Part shown: positions 19,616 through 28,601 of the stretch, in pieces
Position numbering within the stretch: position 1 is the first letter of the stretch
How the letters are laid out: each line of letters starts with the position of its first letter
From: Bdellovibrionales bacterium
Lineage (GTDB): Bacteria > Bdellovibrionota > Bdellovibrionia > Bdellovibrionales > UBA1609
Length of the DNA: 64,000 bases
NCBI GenBank assembly: GCA_965261545.1
Contig: CBDHDF010000010.1
Location: 896,001-960,000, forward strand
Direction: 5' to 3'
Notes under the pieces: generated by a model
Database searches by the model: none
What the model was told of the DNA's origin: nothing
Seen by the model: only the letters and a program-made list of their open reading frames with translations
Translations under genes and position numbers: made by a program

Positions 19616-20900
19616 CAATGGCATTCGTTTAGTGAGAGATCCCATTCGGTTAAGGATTTGAACCTCTAACTCCTCGGGGGGAGCTAACCCCAAGTTTTTT
19701 TCTTTGATCCATGTGATTATCCGTTGGCCATAGCCCCCCTAACCTCTTTACTGGGTCTCCATACTCCGATGGGTTTTCTAGAAACTCGGTCGTAATGCCT
19801 ATTCGGACGTAGCTTTTGTCGGCAGGTCTTCATATTTGTAATGATGCAATTGAGGGTTTTACTAAGCACTACCTTTTGTTGAAGAAAAAGACCTTCAATA
19901 TTTCTTGCAATTGTCAGTAAATTGTTTTTAAAGTTTGTCTGCATGGTTTGTTTTTTACTATGGGATTGAGATGTATTAAGACGGTCTTCCGTGTAGTTGG
20001 AAAATAATCTTGTCAGAGTGATAAGTGTGAAGTGTGCAAACAATTCTTGTTTGACTCCCCTTTCGCTTTGAGAATGAAACTCTTCAATGGTCATCAGTTC
20101 TTTGGATATTTTGTACAGTTCCTCTATACTCCAGCGTCCATGATAGAGATTGGCCAGATCATCAATGGAATATTTTTTTTGATCCATTAAGGTTGTTCCT
20201 AGAACAAAAGTAGTTTGTCCAATTTTATATTTGACCAAACGCAAAGCGTAGGCTTTGAAGTCGTCTTGTGGCTTTTTTTTATGTAGTTCTTTCAGAATTT
20301 GCTTGCTAGGAATGACTTGGATCACTGAGTCTTTTTGATCATTATTAATAAATTCATCAAAAACAGTGTTGGCATTTTTCCTTATCCTAAACACCGCATG
20401 CAGACTTCGCACCTTATGCTCATGAAGCATTTCGTAGGAATAATAGCCACGATCATAAACCACAACATCGTTTTCAAACAATTTTTTGAAATGAGTTTGT
20501 GCAGCCTTTCTCTCATTGTTATGGGCAAAGAGATCAAAATCCACAGGAATCTTCGACTGTAGTTGGTACAGGCAACTGACAAGACCTTGAGGGTACCATG
20601 CTTTTTCCCATGGTTGCTGATACCCATTATCTACGAGTTGACGTGGTAAATTTATTTTCGATCCATCCACTGCGAAAACCTTATGGCCCTTCCATAAGGT
20701 ACTAGAATTGGATATACCGTCTTGTTTAAGAATTTCATCATGCAAAACTTTAAATATATTTTCATCTACTTTAGCCCGTGCACTACACATAGTGGATGCC
20801 CGAACTGGTTTAGGTTGAGGGAGTTCAATGTCTAATATGCGACACTGTTCCCAAAGTTCAATCAAAGTTGTATCATAACCTTGTTTTCCGTTAGAGAAAA
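19616..20900 (-). mobile_element. 5'-truncated copy of the IS4 element at 59611-62164 (right IR plus transposase core, ORF 19717-20865)
   Basis: IR CAATGGCATTCGTTT at 19616-19630. The protein is nearly identical to the full copy (two K/R differences seen). Homology stops near 20900. Confidence 0.92.
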
Positions 20901-20919
20901 TAAAAGGTAGGATGAGCCC

Positions 20920-20991
20920 ATCTTGTCAGATCACCCTAAATGACCTGGTTTGCCCGCCCACAAATGGATGGTTTTGATCCGCCCATCGGGG
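20920..20991. mobile_element. Possible IS21-family terminal remnant
   Basis: Reiterated TGGTTTGCCCGCCCA / TGGTTTTGATCCGCCCA motifs resemble IS21 subterminal repeats (recognised from memory). Confidence 0.4.
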
Positions 20992-21494
20992 TTAAGAACC
21001 TACAGGGTTTTGAGAATATGATTTACTTGTGTGCTGGGGATTTGGATATTGTTGGAAGTTTCCCAAAGCGTTTTTGTACATTATAGTTTTTATTGTCGAT
21101 CAACATTTCTTTTTCCAATTCACCTCCCCATACTAACTCCGCCAAGATGAGTCAGTTATCCACAGACTCATCCATGGCGACGCTGCGGCTATGGCCATCG
21201 GGAGCCACAATAAAGCAGCGCTGCTGTGGGTGAGTCTTGTGGATAACGGCGGCTCTCCACACAAGTGATTTGGTAGCCCTGTCCTCCGTGTTTTTATGTA
21301 CAAATCTTAGGAATAACCTGTACATCCAGTTTTTAGCTATTTCCCTAGGGAATTTGGACTTTAGGCTCCGAGAAACTCGGATATAGCCGTATTTATGGTA
21401 TAGGTTCGGAGGTTCGGAACAACCCTAAAAAATTTTCTCTTAACATAGACTCATCTCCTTTTAAAGATTAACGCCTATTTCTATTATTACTCAA

Positions 21495-21530
21495 TTTAAA
21501 TAGAATTTAAAGTATTTTTGTAGTTATGTT
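21495..21530 (+). repeat. 36-bp direct repeat, copy 2
   Basis: Identical to 18155-18190. Confidence 0.9.
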
Positions 21531-21616
21531 ACATATTGATAACCTGAATCGAATTGGGGCAAAATTGTGATTTCCGCCATTGTGATCTTCATCACGTATG
21601 ACTGAAACCTAAGAAG

Positions 21617-23041
21617 TCAAACGACTGAATTTTTCTCACATCCCTCTCGTACTCCTTGAAGTTCGTGCGGGAAATGTGGTACGGAGGCAGAGCCAACTAT
21701 GGATTCTAGGTCTTCAACCTCCTTGGGGCATTTTTCGGTCATATTAATAGACCCCCCTTCGGTCACGAGAATATTGTCCTCGATACGAATGCCTATACCC
21801 CTTAATGCCTCTGGAGCTGAAGTGTCATGGGCAGGAATATAGAGACCAGGCTCAATGGTAAGACACATGCCGGGTTCCAAGGGACGAGATTCTCCTTGAA
21901 CCTGATAGGGGCCAGCATCGTGGACATCCATTCCTAACCAATGGCCAATACCATGGGGATAGTATTTTTTGTATTCCTTGGAGCTAATAATTTCTTCGGC
22001 ACTTCCTGTGAGCAATTTTTCACTGAGCATGACTTCCACAAGTTTTTCTATGGCTTTTGCTTGAAGGTCTTCAACCACGAAGCCAGGTTTGACCAAGGCA
22101 ATCATGCTTTTTTGCACATTCAAAATTTTTTCATAAAGCCTTTTTTGCACATCTGTAAATTGACCATTGATGGGGTAGGTTCTCGTCACATCGCCCGTGA
22201 AGAATCCATACTCAGCACCTGCGTCCACCAAGAAAAGATCCCCACTTTTCATGACTTGATCGTTGAAAATATAATGAAGGGTGGTCCCATTGTTCCCCGA
22301 AGCCATGATGGCGTGGTAGCCCTCTCTGGCGGCTCCCCGCCACATGATTTCTTTGACAAAGATTCCATGCATGGCCCTTTCTGTTTTTCCCGGCGCAACA
22401 GACTTCATAACCTCCACGTGGGCTTCACATGTGATTTCTGTGGCTCTTTTTATAAGGGGGAGGCTATATTCATCTTTTTTAAGGCGCATTTCCCCCAGGA
22501 GAGGATGGGGATCCACAAGGGTTTGAATTCCCACTCCCTTGCGGCCCTTTAATTGTTTTACTTTCTTGAGGGCAGATATGACCAAGGGGTCCACAATGTT
22601 ATTGTTGCCAAGGCCATAATAAATATCGCCCATCTCCTTGAGCAAATGGGGCGCCACTTCACTAAATTCTTCAATGGAATGGGCTTTGTCCATGCCAAAG
22701 TAAGCTGTGGCCCCCTCTGTTCCAAAGCGATAACCATTCCATGTTTCTCGCAGGGGATCTTTGGGTCGAACAAAGAGAATAGATTCAGGCTCCTTGCCAG
22801 GTCTAAAAATAAAAATAGAATCGGGCTCTTCAAAGCCTGTAAGAAAAAGCATGTGACTGTCTTGCCTATAACTTCCTCCAATGGGGCCTGTGGATTCCAG
22901 AGGTGACGCAAGAATAAGAGCCTTGTCACCCAGATTTTCCTTGGGCGAATCTTTAAGTAACAAGTCCTTAAGTAATAAGTCCCTGAGTAAGTCTCTTCTT
23001 TGTTTGCAAATGTTTATATTCACTAAGGGTTGTCGCACCAT
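21617..23041 (-). CDS. pepP: Xaa-Pro aminopeptidase
   Basis: YRQDS..FLTGFEEP, LVDAG, GDVTRT, HGIGHWLGMDVHD, TIEPGLY, GIRIEDN. Confidence 0.93.
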   Translation of the reverse strand: MVRQPLVNINICKQRRDLLRDLLLKDLLLKDSPKENLGDKALILASPLESTGPIGGSYRQDSHMLFLTGFEEPDSIFIFRPGKEPESILFVRPKDPLRETWNGYRFGTEGATAYFGMDKAHSIEEFSEVAPHLLKEMGDIYYGLGNNNIVDPLVISALKKVKQLKGRKGVGIQTLVDPHPLLGEMRLKKDEYSLPLIKRATEITCEAHVEVMKSVAPGKTERAMHGIFVKEIMWRGAAREGYHAIMASGNNGTTLHYIFNDQVMKSGDLFLVDAGAEYGFFTGDVTRTYPINGQFTDVQKRLYEKILNVQKSMIALVKPGFVVEDLQAKAIEKLVEVMLSEKLLTGSAEEIISSKEYKKYYPHGIGHWLGMDVHDAGPYQVQGESRPLEPGMCLTIEPGLYIPAHDTSAPEALRGIGIRIEDNILVTEGGSINMTEKCPKEVEDLESIVGSASVPHFPHELQGVREGCEKNSVV

Positions 23042-23085
23042 CCATCTCCTTGAAATAAATTTCTTGATGACTCATCGACTCATCA

Positions 23086-24246
23086 TTAAAATCCATATTT
23101 GTTCATCAGCTTTCTGGAAGCCTTTTTCCCGGCATGTCTTCCAGCTTTGACAAGGGCACGACGGCTCTCAAAGTCATAGAGAGTAAAGCCCCTTGTCTTA
23201 ACGGAAATAACTTCAATGCCTAAATCATTGGAGTCTTTTAAATCCTCTAGAGATCGACGCACCTCTTGCCACAAAATAGCAGACTTATAATCCTGGTCAT
23301 GTTGTTCTGAGGTGAATAAATTGCCCCGATCCATGACATTCACAAAAATAATAAGCTCCATTCCCTGCTTTTTTAAATATTGAACAGCTTCGGGCAGGGA
23401 AAAGGTGGCGGCCACCCAAGCCCCCTTGGGCTGGAAAATAGGTGGATAGGGCCAACAGCGGCGAATCGCCCTTATTAAGAGTCCTTGCTTCTGCCATTGA
23501 ATGACTCCACTTTTCACAGAGAGAGCAGGGCAAGCAAATTTTATTTTCATTTTTTCAATATGAACTCCCTGAAAATGGGTGTTTATAAAATCCCTCAACT
23601 GATCCACTCGAATGGGGTTCATCTTTGAACTAAAAAGACTTCTTTTTTTCAAAAGATCTTTTTTCTCTAATTTGTAGAGCTTCCACTCAGCGTCATGAAC
23701 TTGTCCCTTGTTGGCAAACATGCCTCCTACCAGAGCCCCCCATTCCATACCTACAATAAAATCAATGGGAATACGTGACTTTAGAAGAGCCCGTATCACT
23801 CCCACATGGGCAAAACTTCGCACACCCCCAGGGCCGAGAATGACACCCACTTTGAGAGCCGGAGGCTCGGTGATGGTGGCCCCGAGCTTGTCTAACAGAG
23901 GGTGGTCGAGATCACCAAGACCATCTCGATGCGGTTCACCGAAGGGAAGGGGAGAGGGCTGGAGAGGGGTGGGGGGTGGCCCATGGGGAATTTCAGGGGG
24001 GACAGCCCCCTCCTTGGCTTTTCCATCTTTTTCTTTTAACCCTTGCTTTGAAGGAGAGGGGGGTTTTGAAGGAGGTGGGGGCAAAGAAGTTTCCGCTTTA
24101 TGGAGGGGCTGTTTTTTTATCATCATTCCACAACCTGTGGTGAGCCCTATCAAGCACAGGATCCCTCCTAGAAGACATAAGGCTTTCATATTCACACGCA
24201 CTATTTTTATATTCCTCTTATCCCTCATATCTACTATACTTCTCAT
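23086..24246 (-). CDS. Patatin-like lipoprotein with degenerate active site
   Basis: Lipobox LTTGC, Pro-rich linker, GPGGVRSFAHVGV, and GMEWG in place of GxSxG. Confidence 0.8.
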   Translation of the reverse strand: MRSIVDMRDKRNIKIVRVNMKALCLLGGILCLIGLTTGCGMMIKKQPLHKAETSLPPPPSKPPSPSKQGLKEKDGKAKEGAVPPEIPHGPPPTPLQPSPLPFGEPHRDGLGDLDHPLLDKLGATITEPPALKVGVILGPGGVRSFAHVGVIRALLKSRIPIDFIVGMEWGALVGGMFANKGQVHDAEWKLYKLEKKDLLKKRSLFSSKMNPIRVDQLRDFINTHFQGVHIEKMKIKFACPALSVKSGVIQWQKQGLLIRAIRRCWPYPPIFQPKGAWVAATFSLPEAVQYLKKQGMELIIFVNVMDRGNLFTSEQHDQDYKSAILWQEVRRSLEDLKDSNDLGIEVISVKTRGFTLYDFESRRALVKAGRHAGKKASRKLMNKYGF

Positions 24247-24308
24247 ACTCTACTATGGATTGTCGAGGAAATGTCGAGGAAAATAACTATGAAGCAATAT
24301 CGAGAAAA

Positions 24309-25130
24309 ATGACTATGAAGAAATTTGGTTTTATTGGTGTGGGAAACATGGCTCAATCCATAATTAGAGGTTTTATTGAGTCTGGAAAGATCAAAGCCCA
24401 ACAAATCTGGGTGAGTGGCCGAACTGAAACAAAAGTTTGCAAAGTTCAAAATAAATGGGGAGTGGGGACCTTTTCTTGCAATGAGGACTTAGCGGACCAT
24501 TGCGATGTGATCTTTCTTTGCATGAAGCCCCAGGACCTACATGCCGCCGTGGACTCTTTGAATTCAAGTCTTCATAAAGAGCATATTGTAATAAGCTTGG
24601 CAGCAGGTATTTCCATGACCTCCCTTGAGGGTGGCATTTCTGCCACCAAGCAGATTGTTAGAATTATGACCAATATTTCTGTGGGCATCAAGGAGGCTGT
24701 TATAGGCTATGTGTTGCCGGAGGGAATGTCCTACTTGGAGTCTATGGTTGTGGAGTGGTTTTCCCCACTTGGCCTCGTCCTTCCCCTAGAAGAAGGAGAG
24801 ATGTTTGAAGCCTTCACCGTGGGGACAAGCAGTGGCATTGGTTTTTTCTTTGAGCAAATGATTTACTGGCAGGAGTGGTTTGAGGAGCATGGGTTTTCAG
24901 AACATGTCGCCAAAGAAATGACGATTCAAACTCTCTTGGGAGCGGCTAAGCTTGCAGCATCCAATGACCAGTTATCACTGACAGAGCTACAAGATCAGGT
25001 GGTGTCAGAAAAGGGCGTCACACTGGCAGGACTCAATGCTATGCGAGAGTTAGAACTCAATAGAGTTCTTAGAGTGAGTTTTGAAAAAGCGGTTCTCCGC
25101 TCTCGTGAACTAGGAGGCATGAATAAATAA
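24309..25130 (+). CDS. proC: Pyrroline-5-carboxylate reductase
   Basis: GFIGVGNMA, CMKPQ, ISLAAGI, RIMTN, VSEKGVT. Confidence 0.9.
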   Translation: MTMKKFGFIGVGNMAQSIIRGFIESGKIKAQQIWVSGRTETKVCKVQNKWGVGTFSCNEDLADHCDVIFLCMKPQDLHAAVDSLNSSLHKEHIVISLAAGISMTSLEGGISATKQIVRIMTNISVGIKEAVIGYVLPEGMSYLESMVVEWFSPLGLVLPLEEGEMFEAFTVGTSSGIGFFFEQMIYWQEWFEEHGFSEHVAKEMTIQTLLGAAKLAASNDQLSLTELQDQVVSEKGVTLAGLNAMRELELNRVLRVSFEKAVLRSRELGGMNK

Positions 25131-25187
25131 GGATCGAAAATAATGTGAATAAATAAATTGAAATAGTTTTCAATCAAAGCAAAGTGG

Positions 25188-28100
25188 CTAGGAAGATGAG
25201 TCGAAACTCTCACTTTCTTGTGGAGGCTTAGGTGGCCATAGGCTTGAAGGTTGTGAGATGATTCCGAAAAGAGAAATCACATCTTCTCGTATTTGCAATA
25301 GAGAAGGAAGAGTTAAAAGAGTCATCAAGGTGGCAAAACCGATCCCCCACCCCATGGAAAGAGCTAGGGGCTGGGTAAAACCAGACTCCCCCCCCCACGA
25401 GTAGGCCATGGGCAAAATACCTCCAAGGGTTGTGATGGTTGTTAAAATAATCGCCCTTAGACGATCCGAAGCTCCTTGAATAATCGTTTCCTTGGAAAGC
25501 CTTCCCCCCCTATGGGAAGAAGATATCTTATACATATGGTCGACCATGACAATGGAAGCATTTACAGAAACTCCAACAACAGCAATAAAACCAATCAAGG
25601 ACATAGAACCCAATTCCATATTGTGCAGATACAAAGCCAATATAATGCCAGCTCCACCAAAAAGAATAGGGAATCCAACAATAAAGGGCTGGGTGATAGA
25701 GCCAAGAATAAGAGCCATGATGGCAAAAACACCAAGCAAACATAGGGTGGCAACTTTGATGGCCCAATTTTTATTTTGAGTGTCCTCCCGATGGGGTTCT
25801 ACCACTTGAATATCATAACTGGGAAATTTCTGAGCCAAGGGATCTATAGCTTTTTTCAGTGCCATGTTCGCCGAGGTCAAAGTAGCTTGGTCTCTATCTA
25901 TTTGGAAGTCAATTTTTAAATCCCTTAGTCCGTTGAGATGCGATATTTGGCGCAAAGTCTTTTTTTCCTTCCACTGACCTAAAAACTTTAAAGGAACACT
26001 GACCCCCGAAGAAGTGACGACCTCATAGTTTCCCAGCTCTTTAAATTGAGGCTTGATGGGAGCAGGGGAGGGGGCGGTCTCTTTTGAAGCCAATAATCGC
26101 GAAGGCTTTGTATGGTTTTTCATTTTATGGTTTTGCATTTTTTGCATTTTATTGTCTTGACCCCCTTGGTGACTCCTCTGATGTCTAAAGGGGTTTAACA
26201 TCTCCATATAAATATAAACCTTCTCTCCCTCCAATCGAATCTCCGCCACCTCATCGGGGGTAAAGGCCCCTCGAATTTGACGACCTACATCGTAGGCCGT
26301 TAAGTTGTATTGCACCAGAGACTTGGGGCGGGGAACAAACTCCCAAGACTTCTGGTATCGCCGGGGCTCAGGGGAGTGAGCCTTGATTTCTTTGGTGGCT
26401 GTGGCCACTTCAATGACCTCTGATTCAATGTCTCGAAAATCAATTTTTTCACTACCACGCACCCTTACAGTGATAATACCCTCTTTTCTTTCGTCACCCC
26501 CATGTCTTGCCACTTGGACGTCAAGTCTTTGAAATTCACTCCTATCGTATTGCTCTAAGAATTTTTCCACCTGAGGCTGAATTTCTCGCTGCAATTGGGT
26601 GGGGTATTTGTGTTGTTTGCTTAAAAAACCATGAACTTGGGCATAGCGATGGCCTTCGTGCCGCTTTCCATGGAACCAAATGGTGCCCACACGAGATTGG
26701 ACCTCTTCCACCTTGTTTGTGGGAAAGGAATTCAAGAAATCTTCCACAGGTTTTATAACAGAGTACGTGGCTTCGAGGGAGGAACTTTTTTTGAGAATCA
26801 TATTAACTTTGATATACTTGGGTTGAAGATTGAAGCTGTAATTCATTTGAATTTTATGGAGCGCAAGGTACGCAACTCCAGAGAAAAGTCCCAAAATTCC
26901 CAAAAGAGTCAGGTAGCGAAAACGAAGAGTCCCTTGGATAAGAGACTTGTAGACACTTTGGAATTTACTAAAGATATCCACAGAAAAAAAGTCTCGTTTT
27001 GGTTTTACCTTTTCCTTGTGCTTTGCCTTCACAAAATGAGCCAAGTGGTTGGGGAGAATAAAGAAAGATTCCATCCAACTTAAAAGTAAGGCCAGTATGA
27101 CAACCACGGGAACAGCGAGCATGATCTGGCCCAAAGGGCTCTTACTGAAAATCATGGGGCTAAAGGCCACCACACTTGTAAGGACGGTGCCTGTCACAGG
27201 AAGCATAAGGTCTCTTACAGAACTCCCCGCAGCTTCTTTAGGAGGTAGTCCCTTGGATAAATTGTAGATGTATCTTTCAGAGACGATAATGGAGTCATCC
27301 ACAAGAACCCCTATAATCATAATCATCCCAATCATGGAGAGGAGATCGAGCTGAAAACCCATAAAATAAAGAAGGGTGAGAGTTCCAAGATAAGCAATGG
27401 GGAGGCCGAGAGAAGTCATAAGCGCTGTTTTCCAACTGAGAAATACCATGAGAACAAAAAAAACAATGCAAAAACCCAGTGTGGCATTGCTCGTTAAAAT
27501 ACCCAATTGTTGCTCTAAAAATTGAGGTCCGTCGATCAAAGTGACAATGCGTATGCCTGGGGGAGCCTTGGCATTGTGCTTTTCAATAATGGCCATGGTT
27601 CGTTTCTTAAGGTCAATGATATCCGCAGAAAAATCCTTGCGTATCCAAAAGGAAAGGCCAGGGCGAGAGTTGACGCGAACAATCTCCTTTTTCTCACTTA
27701 ACTTGTATCCAACTTGAGCGATATCTTGAATTGTCAAGTGATGGCCCATTCGGTTGCCTCTTAGGGGGATTTGAGCAATTTCCTGAAGAGTGTCAGAAGT
27801 TTTAGATATCTCAATGGTGTATGGCTCCTCATTGACTCGCATTTCGCCAATGGGGGCAAGTCTTGTAGCCTGTTGGATGGCTCGCCTCACTTCGTTGGCC
27901 GATATTTCATTGGCTTTAAGCTTTTGTGGAATCAATTCGATGTAGACGTCACGCTCCCTCGCACTACTAAAAACCCTTTGAATGCCTTTGACTTGATTGA
28001 GATCATCTTCAAATGATTTAAAAAAATCTCTATGGGATTGGTTATTTTCATCGATACCTTCGATCCCTAACCAAAACAAGAAAGCCCCTTCTTGCCTGGC

Positions 28101-28508
28101 CCGTTTGACCTGAATCCAACGAATTTCGGTGGGAAGCCGATAGCGAATGGAGTCAATGCGGTTTCTGACAAGTTCTGTGGATTCAAGCTGGTCCCGGTCT
28201 CCCATGGAGGGAGAGTAATGAAGGGTGATTTGAGACACTCCACTGGAGCTTTGGGAAGTTATTTCTTCAACTCCCGGCAAACCTCTAAGGGCCTCTTCAA
28301 TGGGAAAAGTGATGTACTTTTCAATCTCTCCGGATGTGGCCCCAGGGAGACTAGCACTGGCTATCACCATGGGAGACTGAAAGGGGGGATGGAGGTCGCG
28401 ATGCATAGATGTGAGAGCAAACAAGCCCGCCAACACAATAAGCACGGCTAGGACATTGACCATAAGAGATTGTTGAATAAAAAAATCAATGATTTTTTGC
28501 ATTGTCAT
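25188..28508 (-). CDS. RND efflux permease (AcrB/CusA family)
   Basis: IEKYITFPIEE, GVLVDDSIIVSE, RLRAIILTT; two TM clusters. Confidence 0.9.
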   Translation of the reverse strand: MTMQKIIDFFIQQSLMVNVLAVLIVLAGLFALTSMHRDLHPPFQSPMVIASASLPGATSGEIEKYITFPIEEALRGLPGVEEITSQSSSGVSQITLHYSPSMGDRDQLESTELVRNRIDSIRYRLPTEIRWIQVKRARQEGAFLFWLGIEGIDENNQSHRDFFKSFEDDLNQVKGIQRVFSSARERDVYIELIPQKLKANEISANEVRRAIQQATRLAPIGEMRVNEEPYTIEISKTSDTLQEIAQIPLRGNRMGHHLTIQDIAQVGYKLSEKKEIVRVNSRPGLSFWIRKDFSADIIDLKKRTMAIIEKHNAKAPPGIRIVTLIDGPQFLEQQLGILTSNATLGFCIVFFVLMVFLSWKTALMTSLGLPIAYLGTLTLLYFMGFQLDLLSMIGMIMIIGVLVDDSIIVSERYIYNLSKGLPPKEAAGSSVRDLMLPVTGTVLTSVVAFSPMIFSKSPLGQIMLAVPVVVILALLLSWMESFFILPNHLAHFVKAKHKEKVKPKRDFFSVDIFSKFQSVYKSLIQGTLRFRYLTLLGILGLFSGVAYLALHKIQMNYSFNLQPKYIKVNMILKKSSSLEATYSVIKPVEDFLNSFPTNKVEEVQSRVGTIWFHGKRHEGHRYAQVHGFLSKQHKYPTQLQREIQPQVEKFLEQYDRSEFQRLDVQVARHGGDERKEGIITVRVRGSEKIDFRDIESEVIEVATATKEIKAHSPEPRRYQKSWEFVPRPKSLVQYNLTAYDVGRQIRGAFTPDEVAEIRLEGEKVYIYMEMLNPFRHQRSHQGGQDNKMQKMQNHKMKNHTKPSRLLASKETAPSPAPIKPQFKELGNYEVVTSSGVSVPLKFLGQWKEKKTLRQISHLNGLRDLKIDFQIDRDQATLTSANMALKKAIDPLAQKFPSYDIQVVEPHREDTQNKNWAIKVATLCLLGVFAIMALILGSITQPFIVGFPILFGGAGIILALYLHNMELGSMSLIGFIAVVGVSVNASIVMVDHMYKISSSHRGGRLSKETIIQGASDRLRAIILTTITTLGGILPMAYSWGGESGFTQPLALSMGWGIGFATLMTLLTLPSLLQIREDVISLFGIISQPSSLWPPKPPQESESFDSSS

Positions 28509-28601
28509 TGCTCCCCACAGTTGTCACCCCCCACGGGAGCCATTATAGCCATTATGAGATCGACCATGACCTGACCATGACCATGACGAGAGCGGCGACC
28601 A

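Noticed and set aside
21155..21247. oriC
   Set aside because: Only two DnaA boxes, embedded in IS debris, with no dnaA/dnaN/gidA context.
21371..21394. Serine recombinase motif KYGYIRVS on the minus strand
   Set aside because: No start codon, and the downstream residues do not continue a resolvase pattern. It is chance or a very short remnant.
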